This document shows positions 1-13,374 of a stretch of DNA of 58,439 nucleotides, piece after piece. The translations under genes and the position numbers were made by a program. The notes beneath the pieces are model-generated. The model ran no database searches and was not told the origin of the DNA. It worked only from the letters and a program-made list of their open reading frames with translations. This DNA is from Paraphysomonas bandaiensis. Lineage: Eukaryota > Protista > Chrysophyceae. Location: assembly GCA_965644295.1 (NCBI GenBank), contig CBFFRP010000349.1:1-58439 (forward strand). Direction: 5' to 3'. How positions within the stretch are numbered: position 1 is the first letter of the stretch; every line of letters begins with the position of its first letter.

Positions 1-2947
1 ACTCCTGCAAATGTTTGTCCATTTTAGACACCATGATTTTCGCCCCACAACGGAATCTGCATGTTATGGTTAATAATTTACTATTTTGTTATAATTTGAA
101 ATCTGTTACTTGCCTGCATAATTCTGTGCGTAGATTACATACTTTCATATGTTGTCTGGCGTCGTCAACATTCATGCGTCGAAGACAGAAATGACACTGT
201 ATAGTATCCGCAGTTCGAGATGTCTGTGAAGGAGCAGACTTTGCTCTGGATGCAGCCTGTGCAGTCTCAAGAGCAGCTCGAGCCGCAAGCGAAGCATTCC
301 CTGTATCTGTAGCTGGAGGTTTATTCCGCCCCCGCCCTAGAAGGCTTCCGGTTAGCTTTGGTGGGGGTGCCATAGATACTTTTTCCGCAGGAGGTCCCGA
401 TACTGAAGACAAATTTTTATCACCTCCATCCGGTTTATGTTTAGGTTTGGGCACTATATTTCCTAGGCTATCAACTACATATTCTGACGATCCCTTCCCA
501 GTATCAGTGTTGGTAGATGCAGCTGTTGTTGTATCGGGTGCACATTCCTTGTCTGATTTACCTTCGTGTTGCATTTTTTCATGCTCACTTTGTTGTATTC
601 TACCTTCCATTACGCGCTGTATATGTTCACCTTCAATTATTCCCATGCTCTCGTCTAGGGAATCCTCAATTTTACTAGTCTCTCTCATGGATAAAGAGGA
701 GTCCTCTGAGAGGTCCGCGCTTAGCTCGTCATTTTCTTCCTCTACAAAACTACTATCGGAACTGATATCATATTGAGGAGTTGAATTCTTGGGAACAGAG
801 GAAGAGGAAACCGGTTTCTCTTCTGAATCCAACGACGACAGTCCATCAGAGTCATTGCATGGCCCGTCAATGCTACTCTTTGCTGTATCTTTCTGTTCAA
901 AGTTTCCTGCATGTTGCCTGACGCTAGCTTTCTTTTCTGCCGATGATCCTGAAGCTACTGCTGGGGTACTCTGTGCGTTGGCGACAGAATTTATCGATGT
1001 AGATTTCGCAGCTGCCTCCGGTATGGCGGAGTGTTTTGTTCGCGGAGCAACTCCAGTTAATCCCGCACGAGCTCCCCCCTCGCTCGTCTGAATAGTGGTT
1101 TGCGGGAAAACTTCCAGCGGTATGTTGCTCAGTTTTACCTATCCATGTACTTATTATCATATAAACACATTGTAATTTGGCATACCTTGAGATCGACAAT
1201 ATCGCTCTTCATCTGAGCAGCTACATGGCAATCGTAACAAATAGAAGACGAATAATAAATAACACCCACCCGCAGCAGACTGGGTCTCAGCAGCAGCTTT
1301 GCGAGCCTCAACCTCATCATATACAGAGGCAAACTCCGCCTGCAGTCCATCCATTCCTGCCTCAATACTCTTTATACTAAGTCCCAGTCTAACACACGAA
1401 ACTATAATCGTACAATACCGAATACGGAACACGACACATACTTGTTAATACTTTGCTCGGTTTCTTGTACTCTTCCCAGAAGCTCTTCCCTCACCTGATC
1501 AATTCGTCCTTCTACTTCCTCACGTGTCTCTGTCAAAACGGCTGCACTATCAGAAGTAGATTTTGTTTCTTGACGCTTTAGCCCTTTCGATGTCGAATCC
1601 ATCTGTGTCAGCTTTTTATACATAGCAGCCTCCACCGACTGACATATGCTTATCATCTACACTTAAACGCAAACGACAAAACGACAATCACCTTCATATC
1701 GGACTCTAGCCTATCAGTTCGTGACCGTAGGTCATTCACAGTCTCTTCGGTCCGTAGTACCTCTTCCAATAGAGACTTGTGATTTCGTTGTACCGAAGGA
1801 AGTCCTACAGATACCACCCTGGATAACGCGTCATCTGTTTTCTGTAGCATTTGTCGAAGCTCTGCGTGATCAATCTCTGCCACTTGCTGAGACTCTCGTA
1901 TTGACGCCAAATCACCATCTACCCGTCGGTGTATTCGGTCAACCTGCTTGGCGATATCTGCTGTGCTCTTCTCGGCTGCCTCACTGGAACGTACAACTTC
2001 ATCACTCAAGGCTTGCCCGTGCCGTACAACTTGTTCCGATATCTACATGCAGTATTACAAAGTAATAGCACAGGAAGATGCCAATTTACCTCTTCTACTG
2101 CAGCAGCAAGCTCTTTTCGAACACTCTGCACTGCACCATCCGCCCGTTCCCCTACGCGCCTAAATTCTGCCTCCACCTCCACAGCAATTACACCACGTAT
2201 GGCTTCTCTAAGCATTTGTGCGATCTGCCCCTTTTGTCTCTCTCTGAAATTTTATATTAGTGGTAGTCAAATGCATAAAATCACCACTTACCCCGAAAGA
2301 CTTGCTAAATGCTCCACGCCCAACACCGATGATCCACGTTTACCTTGAAGTTGGGAAAAAGCCACGAGGAGGGAGTCCATGAAGTTCATACACGTCGAAG
2401 TGTTCACACGGGCACTCTCGGTAGCTGTATTTACTGCTTGTAGCTGTGTAGTGCACGAATCCAGAAGCTGTGCAAAGGAATTTTTAGATACGAACTCCTG
2501 TGAACAGTTGCGCATCATGTCTTCAAGCCAGTGGATTCTCGAATTCATATTCTTCACATTAATAACCACATCTGAGCTTTCATGAGAAGCTTGTGCTATT
2601 GATTTTGTACAACTTTGAATATCCGTTTCAATTTGTTCTATTCGTGATTGTATGAACTCAATCTGTCCAGCAGCAGATAGCCGTCCATTCACTGTACTGT
2701 CTATTGCACGTATCTGATCGTTATGTTTGTTTAGTATCGATCGAATCTCTTTTAATTCACTCTTAATATCATCCATATGATCTATTGGAGTGATATATGA
2801 TGAATGCGTCTCTTCTTTTGTTTCATATGCATTATATGGGACCCTATCGGACTCATACGATACGAGCTGATGATGGTTCGAGCCTTTACTTTGCAGTATA
2901 GATGAGGTCTGCATCTTCATATCCCTTTCAATTCTTCCCCAATCCAT
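1..2947 (-). CDS. Multi-exon coiled-coil protein with low-complexity middle and C-terminal TRAF-type zinc finger(s); 3' end runs off the window
   Basis: ORFs 2288-2947, 2006-2215, 1653-2009, 1402-1656, 1135-1365 and 89-832 are separated by short GT-AG introns. Heptad-rich N-terminal half; CHFC-x11-H-x3-C then (FR)CGAKIMVSKMDKHLQE near the edge. Confidence 0.7.
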
Positions 2948-4123
2948 TCTCCCTTATTATGAGTTGAAAGGGTCTTTATGTACGAGAAGTTACTATATAT
3001 ATATATATATATATATGTACAATAAGCTCTGTGCAGTTGAGCTCCAGGTGCAGTGTATGTATGTATATGTATGTATCAGGAGAGCAGACCTCATCTAGTC
3101 GTTAACTGACAATGAATACGCTGTATATACGGGGTATAGAGCACTATGATCATAATTATCACAGTATTTCGTAGCATAGAAATATAAAATCACAGTATTT
3201 CAATATATTAGGATCGGAAATCTCTAATTTTCATTTCATTCGGGAGGTGATGTATAGAAACTCAGGTATTTGTCACAATGGATATCTGGATATCTGGGGG
3301 ATTGATAATTGCAAAGATATCCACATCCAACAGTCGTTAAAGTGTAATCCAAGTTCGTTGCTATATTTTATCGATGTTAGAGATGCCCAAAGGTTAACAG
3401 GGGTAAATACGTCTTATGGCTTCTAACAAACTCTAATTGCGTGGTCATGAGCTGTGTGTATATACATGTTTGTATGTAATAATAATAGGAGCTTCCCAAG
3501 TTGAAACGCATGGAGATATAAGAAAGTCTTTAATATAATTCATTTGAAAGCACTAGACGGAGCATGAATGGTTACCAAACCTTAACGAGTCCATACGTAC
3601 GTGATAAAGGATATATACATCTGTACAGCGTCATTGGATTACAAATTGTAATAAGAAGTTCTTGTTCTCAATTGATGCTAGACTGTTCCCTCCCAGGAAG
3701 ATCAGGAACACTTCGTCTGTGTTAAATAGTAGGAGCTGACGACATCTACTTTCGTGGTAGAAGGAATTGTCTAATAGTGTATAGAACTATTAGCATTTAC
3801 AGCATGCTGCGTCCTAGTTTCAAGTTTGAGGCATTAAATGCTGTGATATATAATATATACGCCATTATATAATTATTATGGCTAGTCAAAATTAATCCTA
3901 GTCAACTACTCAGTAATTCAAAGCAGTACTAATACTTTAAACTGTGCTTACTAGTCTAACAATATATGGAGGACCGGGAGAAGAAACGTACTTCAAATAT
4001 CATCCCACGTGAAAACCAAAACATGAAATAAGGTATCAGCTTCCAAGATATCAAAATGCTCTACAAATTGGTACTGCACTCATTGTGCTGCACTATTATT
4101 GGTCACGTGTATCGACAGTCTAT

Positions 4124-5331
4124 TTAATGGACTTCTTCCCCGTCTCCCGAGTGTCTAAGCGTATTCAGCAATGATCTCGCAGCCATGCGCGGAGATAATG
4201 CACCGCGTTGCACGTTGACCTTTGCCTCTTCGGCTTCTGTAGACAAGCGTGGATTACTCTGCACCTCATTTTCTACCAATCTCCTAAAATGAGCCCCCAC
4301 CCAGTGCATCGCCTGTCGCCCACGTTTGGCATCTAAGTGACCGCTCCGCGTCATCGTGTCATGGAACTCACTAGCAGTATTCATAAAGTCTTCCAGTCCC
4401 TGTCGTGTTTTCACAGAAACTAATTGCACTCGAGGCGCCCACAAGTGATCCTTGGGACGTAACATACTCATGGTGCCTGCATAATCCGCCTTCGTATGCT
4501 TTGCCACGTTCAAAAGCTCTCCATCCGCTTTGCTCACAACTAGCAGGTCAGCTGCCTCCATAACCCCTTTCTTCGACGCCTGAAGGTCGTCCCCACCTCC
4601 TGGACTCACCAGCAGCACAAACATGTCCACGGCCTGGTCCAGTTCAACTTCTGACTGGCCGAGACCAACGCTTTCCACTATGATGAGGTCGTACCCAGCA
4701 TGCTCACAGAGAGATATCACGTCCACTGTGTGTTCCGCAATGCCACCGAGGACACCTCGTGTGGGACAAGCACGCACATAGGCATCTGGAGACTTCGAGA
4801 GCATATCCATGCGTGTCTTATCGCCTAATACCGATCCTCCGCTTCGGTGGGAGGAGGGGTCCACCTAATCATGAATTAATAAGCCTTACACTATATATTA
4901 TAATATTGTAAACTTACAGGAATGACGGCCACTCGGTGCCCTTCTTTAACGTACATCAATCCGATTGATTCAATAAGAGTGGACTTTCCACCTCCAGGAG
5001 GGCCAGCTATTCCCAATCTAAGAGTTCTTCCATTTTGAAATCCCTTATGATTAGCTTTCTTTTCTGCAAGATAACTAAGAAATAAATCGGATTGAACTTG
5101 ATGATCCGGTCGACTTGATTCTATTACTACTTGAAACGTTACAGCTTATAAACATACGAAATTCAGGCACATACATGTAATGGCCCTGGACAGAGATGCT
5201 CTATCGCCCCGAAGGAGACCATCTGCCAGTGCAATATTATTATCTGACAATCGCTCGCCTGCTCTTGTAGTGGAAGTGATAAATCGGCTCAATTGCCTCC
5301 AAGTAGACCCTCGTATCAATCGTGGGATCAT
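4124..5331 (-). CDS. MMAA: Mitochondrial methylmalonyl-CoA mutase chaperone GTPase (MMAA/MeaB/ArgK family), 3 exons
   Basis: Arg-rich presequence; GDRASLSRAIT; Walker A GIAGPPGGGKST (~4978-5013); DPSS..SGGSVLGDKTRM; VESVGLGQSE; GDDLQASKKGVMEAAD. Confidence 0.93.
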
Positions 5332-5780
5332 AATGCATAGACCAACTAGAATATTTGAGCTCTATTTACTCCTTAATAGTGAATTCTAGCTCGATCAAGA
5401 TAACATGCAAAGGTATGGTCATATAGGGCAAATATATGTGGAGAATGGAGGACCATATACCGCATATACAGCATATGTATTTCGAAACTATTTCAACGGA
5501 TTACATGTAGCCCGTCAATTAAGTTCTATTCTTTTTTTTGTGTATGGAAGTTTGAAGTTGATGATTGAAGTGCAATATGTGTGAGTATCTACTGCAACTT
5601 CAGTGTATAGGGAGTTTGTATATGAACAGTACGTACAGGGAAGTGTGACATGTATGATTGTTCGGTGAGGTGTCAGTAGAAGATGCAGCATGATCATCTA
5701 TAGCACAGCGCATATACATATATGTACTATCGGCTCATAGCATAACTATACATACTATTACCAACCCAATCAAATCAAAC

Positions 5781-8700
5781 ATGAGTTTTATAACGAAACC
5801 AATTGAACATCTCGCTCAATGGGCATCTAGTTCATCTAAGAAGAGAGTGTATGAGTTCCATGAAGGCAGTGAAGAGGATAGAGATCTATTGGGAATAAAG
5901 GGATCAAACTTATGTGTGATGTCCAGGTCACTTGTTTCATACCATAGATATCATGCCACTCTTATTGTATGATGTGATAGGTTAGGGCTACCTGTACCTG
6001 ATGGATTTATTATCACGACAGAGACATGTTTGGATTACTTTACTCTCAATCACACTGAATCCGATATCGATTACTTCGTTGAGGATAAGCAGATGCCTGA
6101 TGGACTAGAACGAAGCTATTTATCTGCACTTCATGCCTTGGAGAAATCAACTAAACGACAGTTTGGTTCTGTTGGATCGAAAGGAAAACTTCCTCTGCTG
6201 TTGGCTGTTCGTGCTAGCGCAGCTGTTCCAATGCCAGGGTAATGGAATATGTATTAATCTAAGAGTATTCTTCATGATTGTACTAGGTTGATGGATACCG
6301 TACTAAACTTAGGTATGAATGACAGCGTCGCAGATCTTATTGCGGAGCAGACAGGGAGCAAGCGATTTGCCTTAGATCTTCATAGGAAGTTCTTGAATAT
6401 GTTCGGACATGTGGTACTCAAAGTAGATCAGCGAGAGTATGAACGACGCACCACTGTGGCAATGGAAGAGGAGAGTGTAGATGAAGTATCCAGACTTTCC
6501 TTAAATGGTTTGGAACGTCTGGTGAAAGAGTTCAAAACCCTCGGCCCTGTGCCCTCTGACCCCCATGTTCAACTAAAGATGACTATTGAGGCTATGTTTT
6601 GCGGCTGGCACTCAGAAAGGTAAGTCGTATATCATTGGTTATATTTTGAGGTAATGCAGTATATCAGGGCTAGAAAACACCGAATTCGCCTTCTTATACC
6701 CGACCAAATTGGTGTGGCTGTTATCGTACAGGTGGGTACTTCCGTCTTGTGGTGTGAGTTGATCGCTGGTTAGTCGACTGCTGATAGCTTTGCTTTGCAT
6801 ACAGGCGATGGTGTATGGTAATAGAAACCGTCGATCTTGTTCTGGGGTAGCTTGTAGCCGTCACCCCGAGACCGGAGAAAACCACCCATTCGGTATTCTG
6901 CTTCAGCGTGGTGGTCTGTGTTGACGTTATCTTGTAGGCGAATTTGTTATGTGCGTCGAGGGTGATGACTTGATTCACGGTGCCCACACCACCCATCCAC
7001 TACAAGAGCTACATATTCGAGATTCCCATGCACTTGAGAATCTCTCCTTGCATTTGAGGACCCTTGAAAACACTGGACGCGAAGCCCAGGAAGTTGAGTT
7101 CACAGTAGATGATGGGGATTTATTTCTACTTGAGGTGAAAGAACTATAATTATGATGTTTTCTTAGCCTTGATTATTTTGGGTGCAGAGCAAGCCACTGA
7201 ACCCTTCCCCCCAAGCCAGTGTGCGCATTGCCGTAGATATGGTTAGATCTAAACTTTTATCGGTGAGTATAGCCTTACAACATGCGCATCGATACCAGCC
7301 ACTGAGGTGTCTATAGGAGAGAGAGGCTATACTACGAGTTGATCCTCTCAATATGACATATTTTCTCTCCCCCACTATAGACCGCGTTCACGGTTGGTAT
7401 TCATGGTCTTTCACTGTTGCTTATGCATTCGATGTGTTGTTCTACTGAAGCGTACACATTGTTTTACTAATATTAGTATTGTCGTGGCATTAATCATCTC
7501 TGACGCACTGTTACCGCAGTGCACAAAGTAATAGGGACTGCGTTGAAGGGATCGGCTGGTGCTGTGTCGGGCCGCGCCGTATTCTCAGGTGATGAGGCGA
7601 GGGATTGCGCGGCTGCTGGAGTCCCGTGCATATTGGTATGTCGTACTATTTAGCCTTACGGATCTCTTCCTCTTAAATATATACCTTGCAGATATTAGAG
7701 GATCCATCAGAGCAGGAACTCGAGGAAGATATATCGTTTGCCAATGGACTCCTTTTCATCCATGGTGGCGTTACATCTCGGGCAGCAGAGGCGGCCAGAG
7801 AGCGATCAATTCCAGCAGTCACAGGTCAGAAAAGTGTGAGAACTAGGACTATGTTAACTCGATAGAATAGGGGCGCATACATGTGGCATGTCTGTCAATG
7901 CCTCCAGAACCCAGCTTATACTACCCGGGGGGCAGAGCATAACCAAAGATGAGGTTTACCTAAATAATGTATTGTCTGTTGTCGCTCTGTTCATCCTTAC
8001 TTCTCAGGAAATTACTATAGATGGATCACACGGAAATATTATTTATGGAGCCGTTCCAACCATTCCATCTGGTAGGAAACTTCCATAATTATTCTCTGCT
8101 AATAATAGTATACCATTCTCAGGTGTTGATAACAACTTCCTTACCTTTATGCGATGGGTGGAGAAGTACAAACGGTAGATTGATATATATCCAATTCGAT
8201 AGATCTACTCAATTTAAGCCGTTATCAGGATGCACGTGTACACCATGGCTAACAATCTGGACGAAGCCACAAAGGTTAGCCTACGCCAGTTCGGTATATG
8301 CTGCATCTTGTCTCAATTTAAGTAGGGTGTAGAGTTGGGAGCGGAGGGTATGGGTGTCTACAAGGTTGAAACTCTCCTGACCGGATCAAAACTCCGTACT
8401 CACTTATTGGGCAGTCTATTGTGCGAGAAGTAAGTGACTGTATACCGCACCATTATACCTCAAACGCTCTAAATTTTCAGAGATAGTCAAAGATGTCATC
8501 TTAACGATATAGAACTTCTTCTTCAGAGAGAATTGGAGACGGTAAGATTGACATCATGCGCCTAACACCGGTGCTAACGACTCTTGCTGCAGGTGTTCCA
8601 CCTGTTTGCGGGGAAAGTAGTTACAATTCGGCTTTTAGATCTGCAAACAAACGATTTCCTACCATCAACAGGTCAGTTGAAGTTGCACTCTATATCTGCC

Positions 8701-10104
8701 TTAAAAATTAACATGATTGTAGCCCAAGAAATTGCTGATCTGGCTGGGAAGTTGGGATTGGTTAGTGTCTATTATGCATGAGTATGGACTGATTTTTCTC
8801 TGTATGAAGCCTGTGGATAAATGTGAGAAAGAAATAATGGGTTTACGCTGTGCCAATCCACTACTTGGTGTGAGGGGATGTCGACTAGCGATACTTCGCC
8901 CGACACTTGTGGAAATGCAAACTCGCGCCATTATGAGTACGTTGGATGGTGTATTGCAGTACATGTCGTTACTCCATATATACAGAGGCAGCTATAGAAT
9001 CGGAGCAGAGGGACCGAGAGAATGTGCGTCTGAAGATCATGATACCGACGGTGTCAACAGATCACGAGGTCTATTCTGAGCCCGTGTGTTTCTGCTTAAC
9101 ATATACCAATTTTTCAGATTGAAGACTTGGCTCCCATCATAAGAAATGCAGCGGAAGAGGTCGTAGCACTGTCTGTATTAGAGTGTCTATTCTTAAAATT
9201 CTATGGTGTTTAGGTGTTTGCAGAAAAAAAGGCATCGGTTCTCTACATTCTTGGATCCGGTCTAGAGGTACCCATCGAGCTGTTTGTTCAATATTTCTTT
9301 GTTTTATTAGGTATTGCTTGTATGAGTAGGTGCCAAGAGCGTGCATGCGTGCTAACGCCATTGCCACTGAGGTAAGACGTCATGCCCGTTTCAGCATTTC
9401 ATCATTCTAACCCTACTGACCAGGGCGATGTTGCATTCCTATCTTTCGATCTCGATCATCTCACCCAGCTGGTCTACGGTTTATCCAGGTATATATGACC
9501 TGTGTCATATAACAGTTGAAGTTTGATGAGTGTTGGAACAGAGATGATTGTGCCAGAGTACTGGAAACATACACTCAAATTGGAATAATGAAGAAGGGTA
9601 CTTAAAACATTGCGTTCAACCTTTTTATTGACACTCTTTGTCAGATCCGTTTGTATCACTTGATGAGAGAGGCGTGGGATCATTGCTCAAACTCGCCAAG
9701 AAACTAATCAGGTATATTTGTCTTTCATGTAGAAGCCTTGCTAAATCTTGGAACGCTATAGACGGTCGAACCGGTTTATGCGCATAGGGGCGTCGGGTAT
9801 AGTTTTGGGTGACCCCAAATCTGTTGACTTCTTAGAGCAGCTTGGATTCGACTATGTGAGTTAGTGGAACATATTTACCCTTACTCTTTTAACGGTCCAT
9901 ATGTCAACTGCTTGTAGATATCATGTTACCCTTTTCTTGTTCCTAGTGCGAAAGTTGCTGCTGCGCAGGCCCACATTAGGGCATCAATGAGTAAGTATAT
10001 GTTGTGTTACAAGTAAACATAACCCTAACCCTTCCGTTTCGTATATATTAGGAGAAAGTGTATGGAACAAAGGAGTTTTTGACAGTCCTACTTTAGACCC
10101 ATAG
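5781..10104 (+). CDS. Pyruvate,phosphate dikinase (PPDK)-like protein, roughly 25 exons, with catalytic residues substituted
   Basis: Collinear PPDK motifs across exons: [121 protein letters not shown]...GFDY, AKVAAAQA. Confidence 0.85.
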
Positions 10105-10508
10105 GAAAATAAGATTAGCTGTTGTGTAGATTGAAATACTACGATGATGGAACCTTTGATCCGATCGCTTCTTTTGGAATGATTACATATGTATACTACA
10201 GCATGGGCATCACTTCGTGGCATAGACAAACCTAGATTCGAAATGGTTGATCCAAAGCTCGTAGCAAACCTGTTGTAATTGGTATGTCGATTTCTTCGAC
10301 TGCGTAACAATGTAACAATTATTTGGCACTTAATCAGGGAAGTATGTGTTATCAACCTTAATTTCAATTATTACCACTCAGGTCGATTATTACAGTTGTG
10401 AATAATTACAACATACGAAATACCTAACACTTCTTAATGATACCTACTCATCTGTCACATCAGGATTTGGGCCAGTAGTAGAGATTTTAATAAGGATGTA
10501 AAAGTGAA

Positions 10509-10656
10509 TGAAATACGATTTAATGCTAGTCGTGGTATTTAGTAGATGCACTTGGTATTATTAGGTATAAAGATTGAATGATAAGGCCTAATAGTACAAT
10601 AGCAAGACATGTTTGAGCAGAGCGTTAGCACCACACACATGTGCGTATCTTGTACA
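10509..10656. repeat. Putative copia LTR, uninterrupted copy
   Basis: GATTTAATGCTAGTC...GTGCGTATCTT also occurs at ~13292-13374 plus 14988-15065, where it is split by a MITE. This copy is bounded by TG...CA; no clear PPT or PBS beside it. Confidence 0.55.
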
Positions 10657-12088
10657 GTCGCGTATCATATATAGTTTGTTGGTAATTATTTAGTCTATGT
10701 GATATTTTATTCATGGATTCACGTATATTCCTTAACGCGTGTCTTAATACTCTCCGTCAATGAAATAATCATATGACGTATACATAGAACATAGATATAT
10801 GAAGTTTGGAGATAGTTCTACTGAGGGTTAAACCCTCTAGTACAATCACAGATTGTGGATTACACTGATCTCAACATACAACATACTCGTGGAAAACTCC
10901 ATAGATCTCTAAGTCATCCATCGTGGTCTCTTGTTTGAGTTCTCTGCCGGTGGGATATAGATAATAGATACTCTTGTTCTTTTATTGCTAGCAGGTATGT
11001 TGATGCCTCCTCCCCCCATTAGTGAATCCCGCAATCTGTGGAACGTGTTTGATATGAGAGGTTTAGTTAGAGTGTCGGCCAGCATCTCGTTTGTAGGCAT
11101 GTAATCAACAATAATAGAGTGCGAGGCGACTTGTTCTCTTATGAAGTGATATCTGATGGCAATAGCTTCTTGACATGCTGTTAAATAGTGTCATGTAGTC
11201 CGCTTCTGTAGAGAAGGATAGAGCAACAGTGGTCTGGAGTCGTGATTTGCCAGGAAATGAGACAATTTCCAATAAAGAAGCAAAACGCTGTGGTCGACCT
11301 GCGAGTTAAGTTGCAGCGTGTATTGGGTCATTTAATTCGATGACCCGCCCTTCATTTTCTCGTGGGGCCAATCCTCTGTAAGCAGCCACGTGGCCTCTGA
11401 TGACTGTGATTCTTGTCGTGATGTATTGAAGGCCATCATGTGGATCTGTGTGAGTCATTCCGACGAGGAATTGGAAACTCTCGGCTGTTCGATTCTCTGA
11501 ATTTTCTTCTCTCAATGATGATTCGATTTCAGCGTAATAGTTTTCCTTGACGTCGGCGATGCACTCATAGAAAAAGACGTGACTTGAGATTACGAAGTCC
11601 TTGAGTGAAGGTACATATATGACATACCCTGGTCCATCCTCCCGGTATCCCATGAAGTACCCAATATGGCTGTATGGAGAGCAATCGTTTCTTCTCTGAG
11701 ACTTGTCTATGAATGTATGGCATTTGCAGCCCCAAATCCTGGAGTAGGATAAATCGGGGGCCTCGTCATGGACGAACTGATACGGTGATGTGAATCCCTT
11801 CGCAGTGGCGCACGGCAGACGATTTTTCATATTCGTGACGTTGGTTGGTAGGCCTGAGTTGCAAATAGATGCAAGCGTTCTTTCCTTGGCCGTGAGCCAT
11901 GGTCACACTTGAATAGGATTGTCTTCAGGCGTATATGGGGCGTTGAAGGTCTAGATTGACCCTAATTTTCTCAGCAAGTTTAGTACACGATGTGACACTA
12001 GCTCACGGCCTCCGTCAGCATGATAGTTTGCCTTTCGAACGCACATAATCCACAATTTTCTGAAGACACTCAATGACAAAATCCTCGT

Positions 12089-12230
12089 CGTTTGTATATT
12101 TTTGTTCCAAGATGCCTCTAATATTGAGACAACAATTATATGTATTTCAGCCGTAGTTGTATTTCAGTAATATAGTGAATTTATGCTTCAATGTATTCCC
12201 GAAAAAATAAGATGCTGACTGCCGATACGC
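12089..12230 (-). mobile_element. Short dispersed repeat / MITE fragment inserted in the copia
   Basis: Reverse complement of ~45120-45260 (CGTATCGGCAGTCAGCATCTTATTTTTTCGGGAAT...TTGTTGTCTCAATATTAGAGGCATCT). Confidence 0.75.
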
Positions 12231-12454
12231 GGTTTTGTGTTTTTCGTAGAATGTCCAACTGTATCTTCGGTAGCTCCGAAGACTACTGCGGTGTCTACTG
12301 CGGTGTTTGCTTCCTGGCTGTGTCAACTGCTAGAAGTCCTCCAAGCTCCTGCGATCTTCTGGTTTTTGTTGGTATTATTTGCCTTGTCTCGCGCCTATGT
12401 TTCCTCCTGTGAGCTTTGTAGAGACTGCTTTGTTTTCTAGCTGCAGTTAACAGT

Positions 12455-12932
12455 ATTCAATCGTGGTATATACGTGCCTCGTTTTGTCCGAATACTATGT
12501 TGCAGTTGGCGTCTGTTGTCAACTGGCTGATAGAAATTAAAGTCTTTGACGCATCTGGGACTAACTTGCACTTTTTGATCAGTCCTAGCTTGCCGTAGCC
12601 CAACAATGCCTGCATCTTTGATCCTGATTTCGCAGTGTAGATGGTGGTTTGGTCATAAGTGAATTCGGAGAGTAGGCTCCTTGCTGCTGTAATTGATGTA
12701 GTGCAGCCCGTCTAGAATGCCTGTTCACTCATGATGACCAAACCACCATCTACATTGCAAAATCAGGATCCGAGATGCAGGCATTGGGCTATGGCAGGCT
12801 AGGGCTGATCAACAAGTGCAAGTTAGTCCCATATGCATCAAAAACACTAATTTCAATCAGCCATTTAACAGATGCCAACTGCAACATTGCATTCGAACAA
12901 AACAAAGTACGTATATACCGCGATGGAATTCT
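12455..12932. repeat. Imperfect inverted repeat of the copia protease region (arms ~12455-12665 and ~12722-12932)
   Basis: For example GTAGATGGTGGTTTGGTCAT vs ATGACCAAACCACCATCTAC, and TGGGACTAACTTGCACTT vs AAGTGCAAGTTAGTCCCA. Confidence 0.85.
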
Positions 12933-13374
12933 TGGTAGCGGATGGTAGTATCGATCTTCCGACCTTTGGGTTATGTGCCCAACACGCTTCCTCTGCGCCA
13001 ACCCGCTGCTACCTCGTTTAGGCCAATCACCGCGCTGGATAGAAGTGACCATAGGTAATTGTTGCCCTCCTCGAAATACTGCACATTTTCGTCGTAGGCG
13101 TTTTTCCTGTATAGGTAGTCTTCTGTTTTGTAAGGTATGTATACTATCTTGGGCTTACGAAAGAACCAGGCCCTACTTTTCTTCTGCCATTTTGAGAAGT
13201 TTTTAGCGTCGAAGGGTGGCATGGAATCCTTCCTCTTGTACGATGAATCGGAGTTATCGTAACTGTTAGTCTTAGAACTCATCCGCTGTCAAAATAAGAT
13301 TTAATGCTAGTCTTGGTATTGAGTAGATGCACTTGGTATTTAGTGGATATAAAGATTGAATGATAAGGCCTAAT

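Noticed and set aside
2950-4120. Possible small spliced gene
   Set aside because: Splice-like sites are present but no coherent reading frame could be assembled
12969-12982. GGTTATGTGCCCA resembling a copia half-tRNA PBS
   Set aside because: Wrong strand, inside the gag region and not next to an LTR
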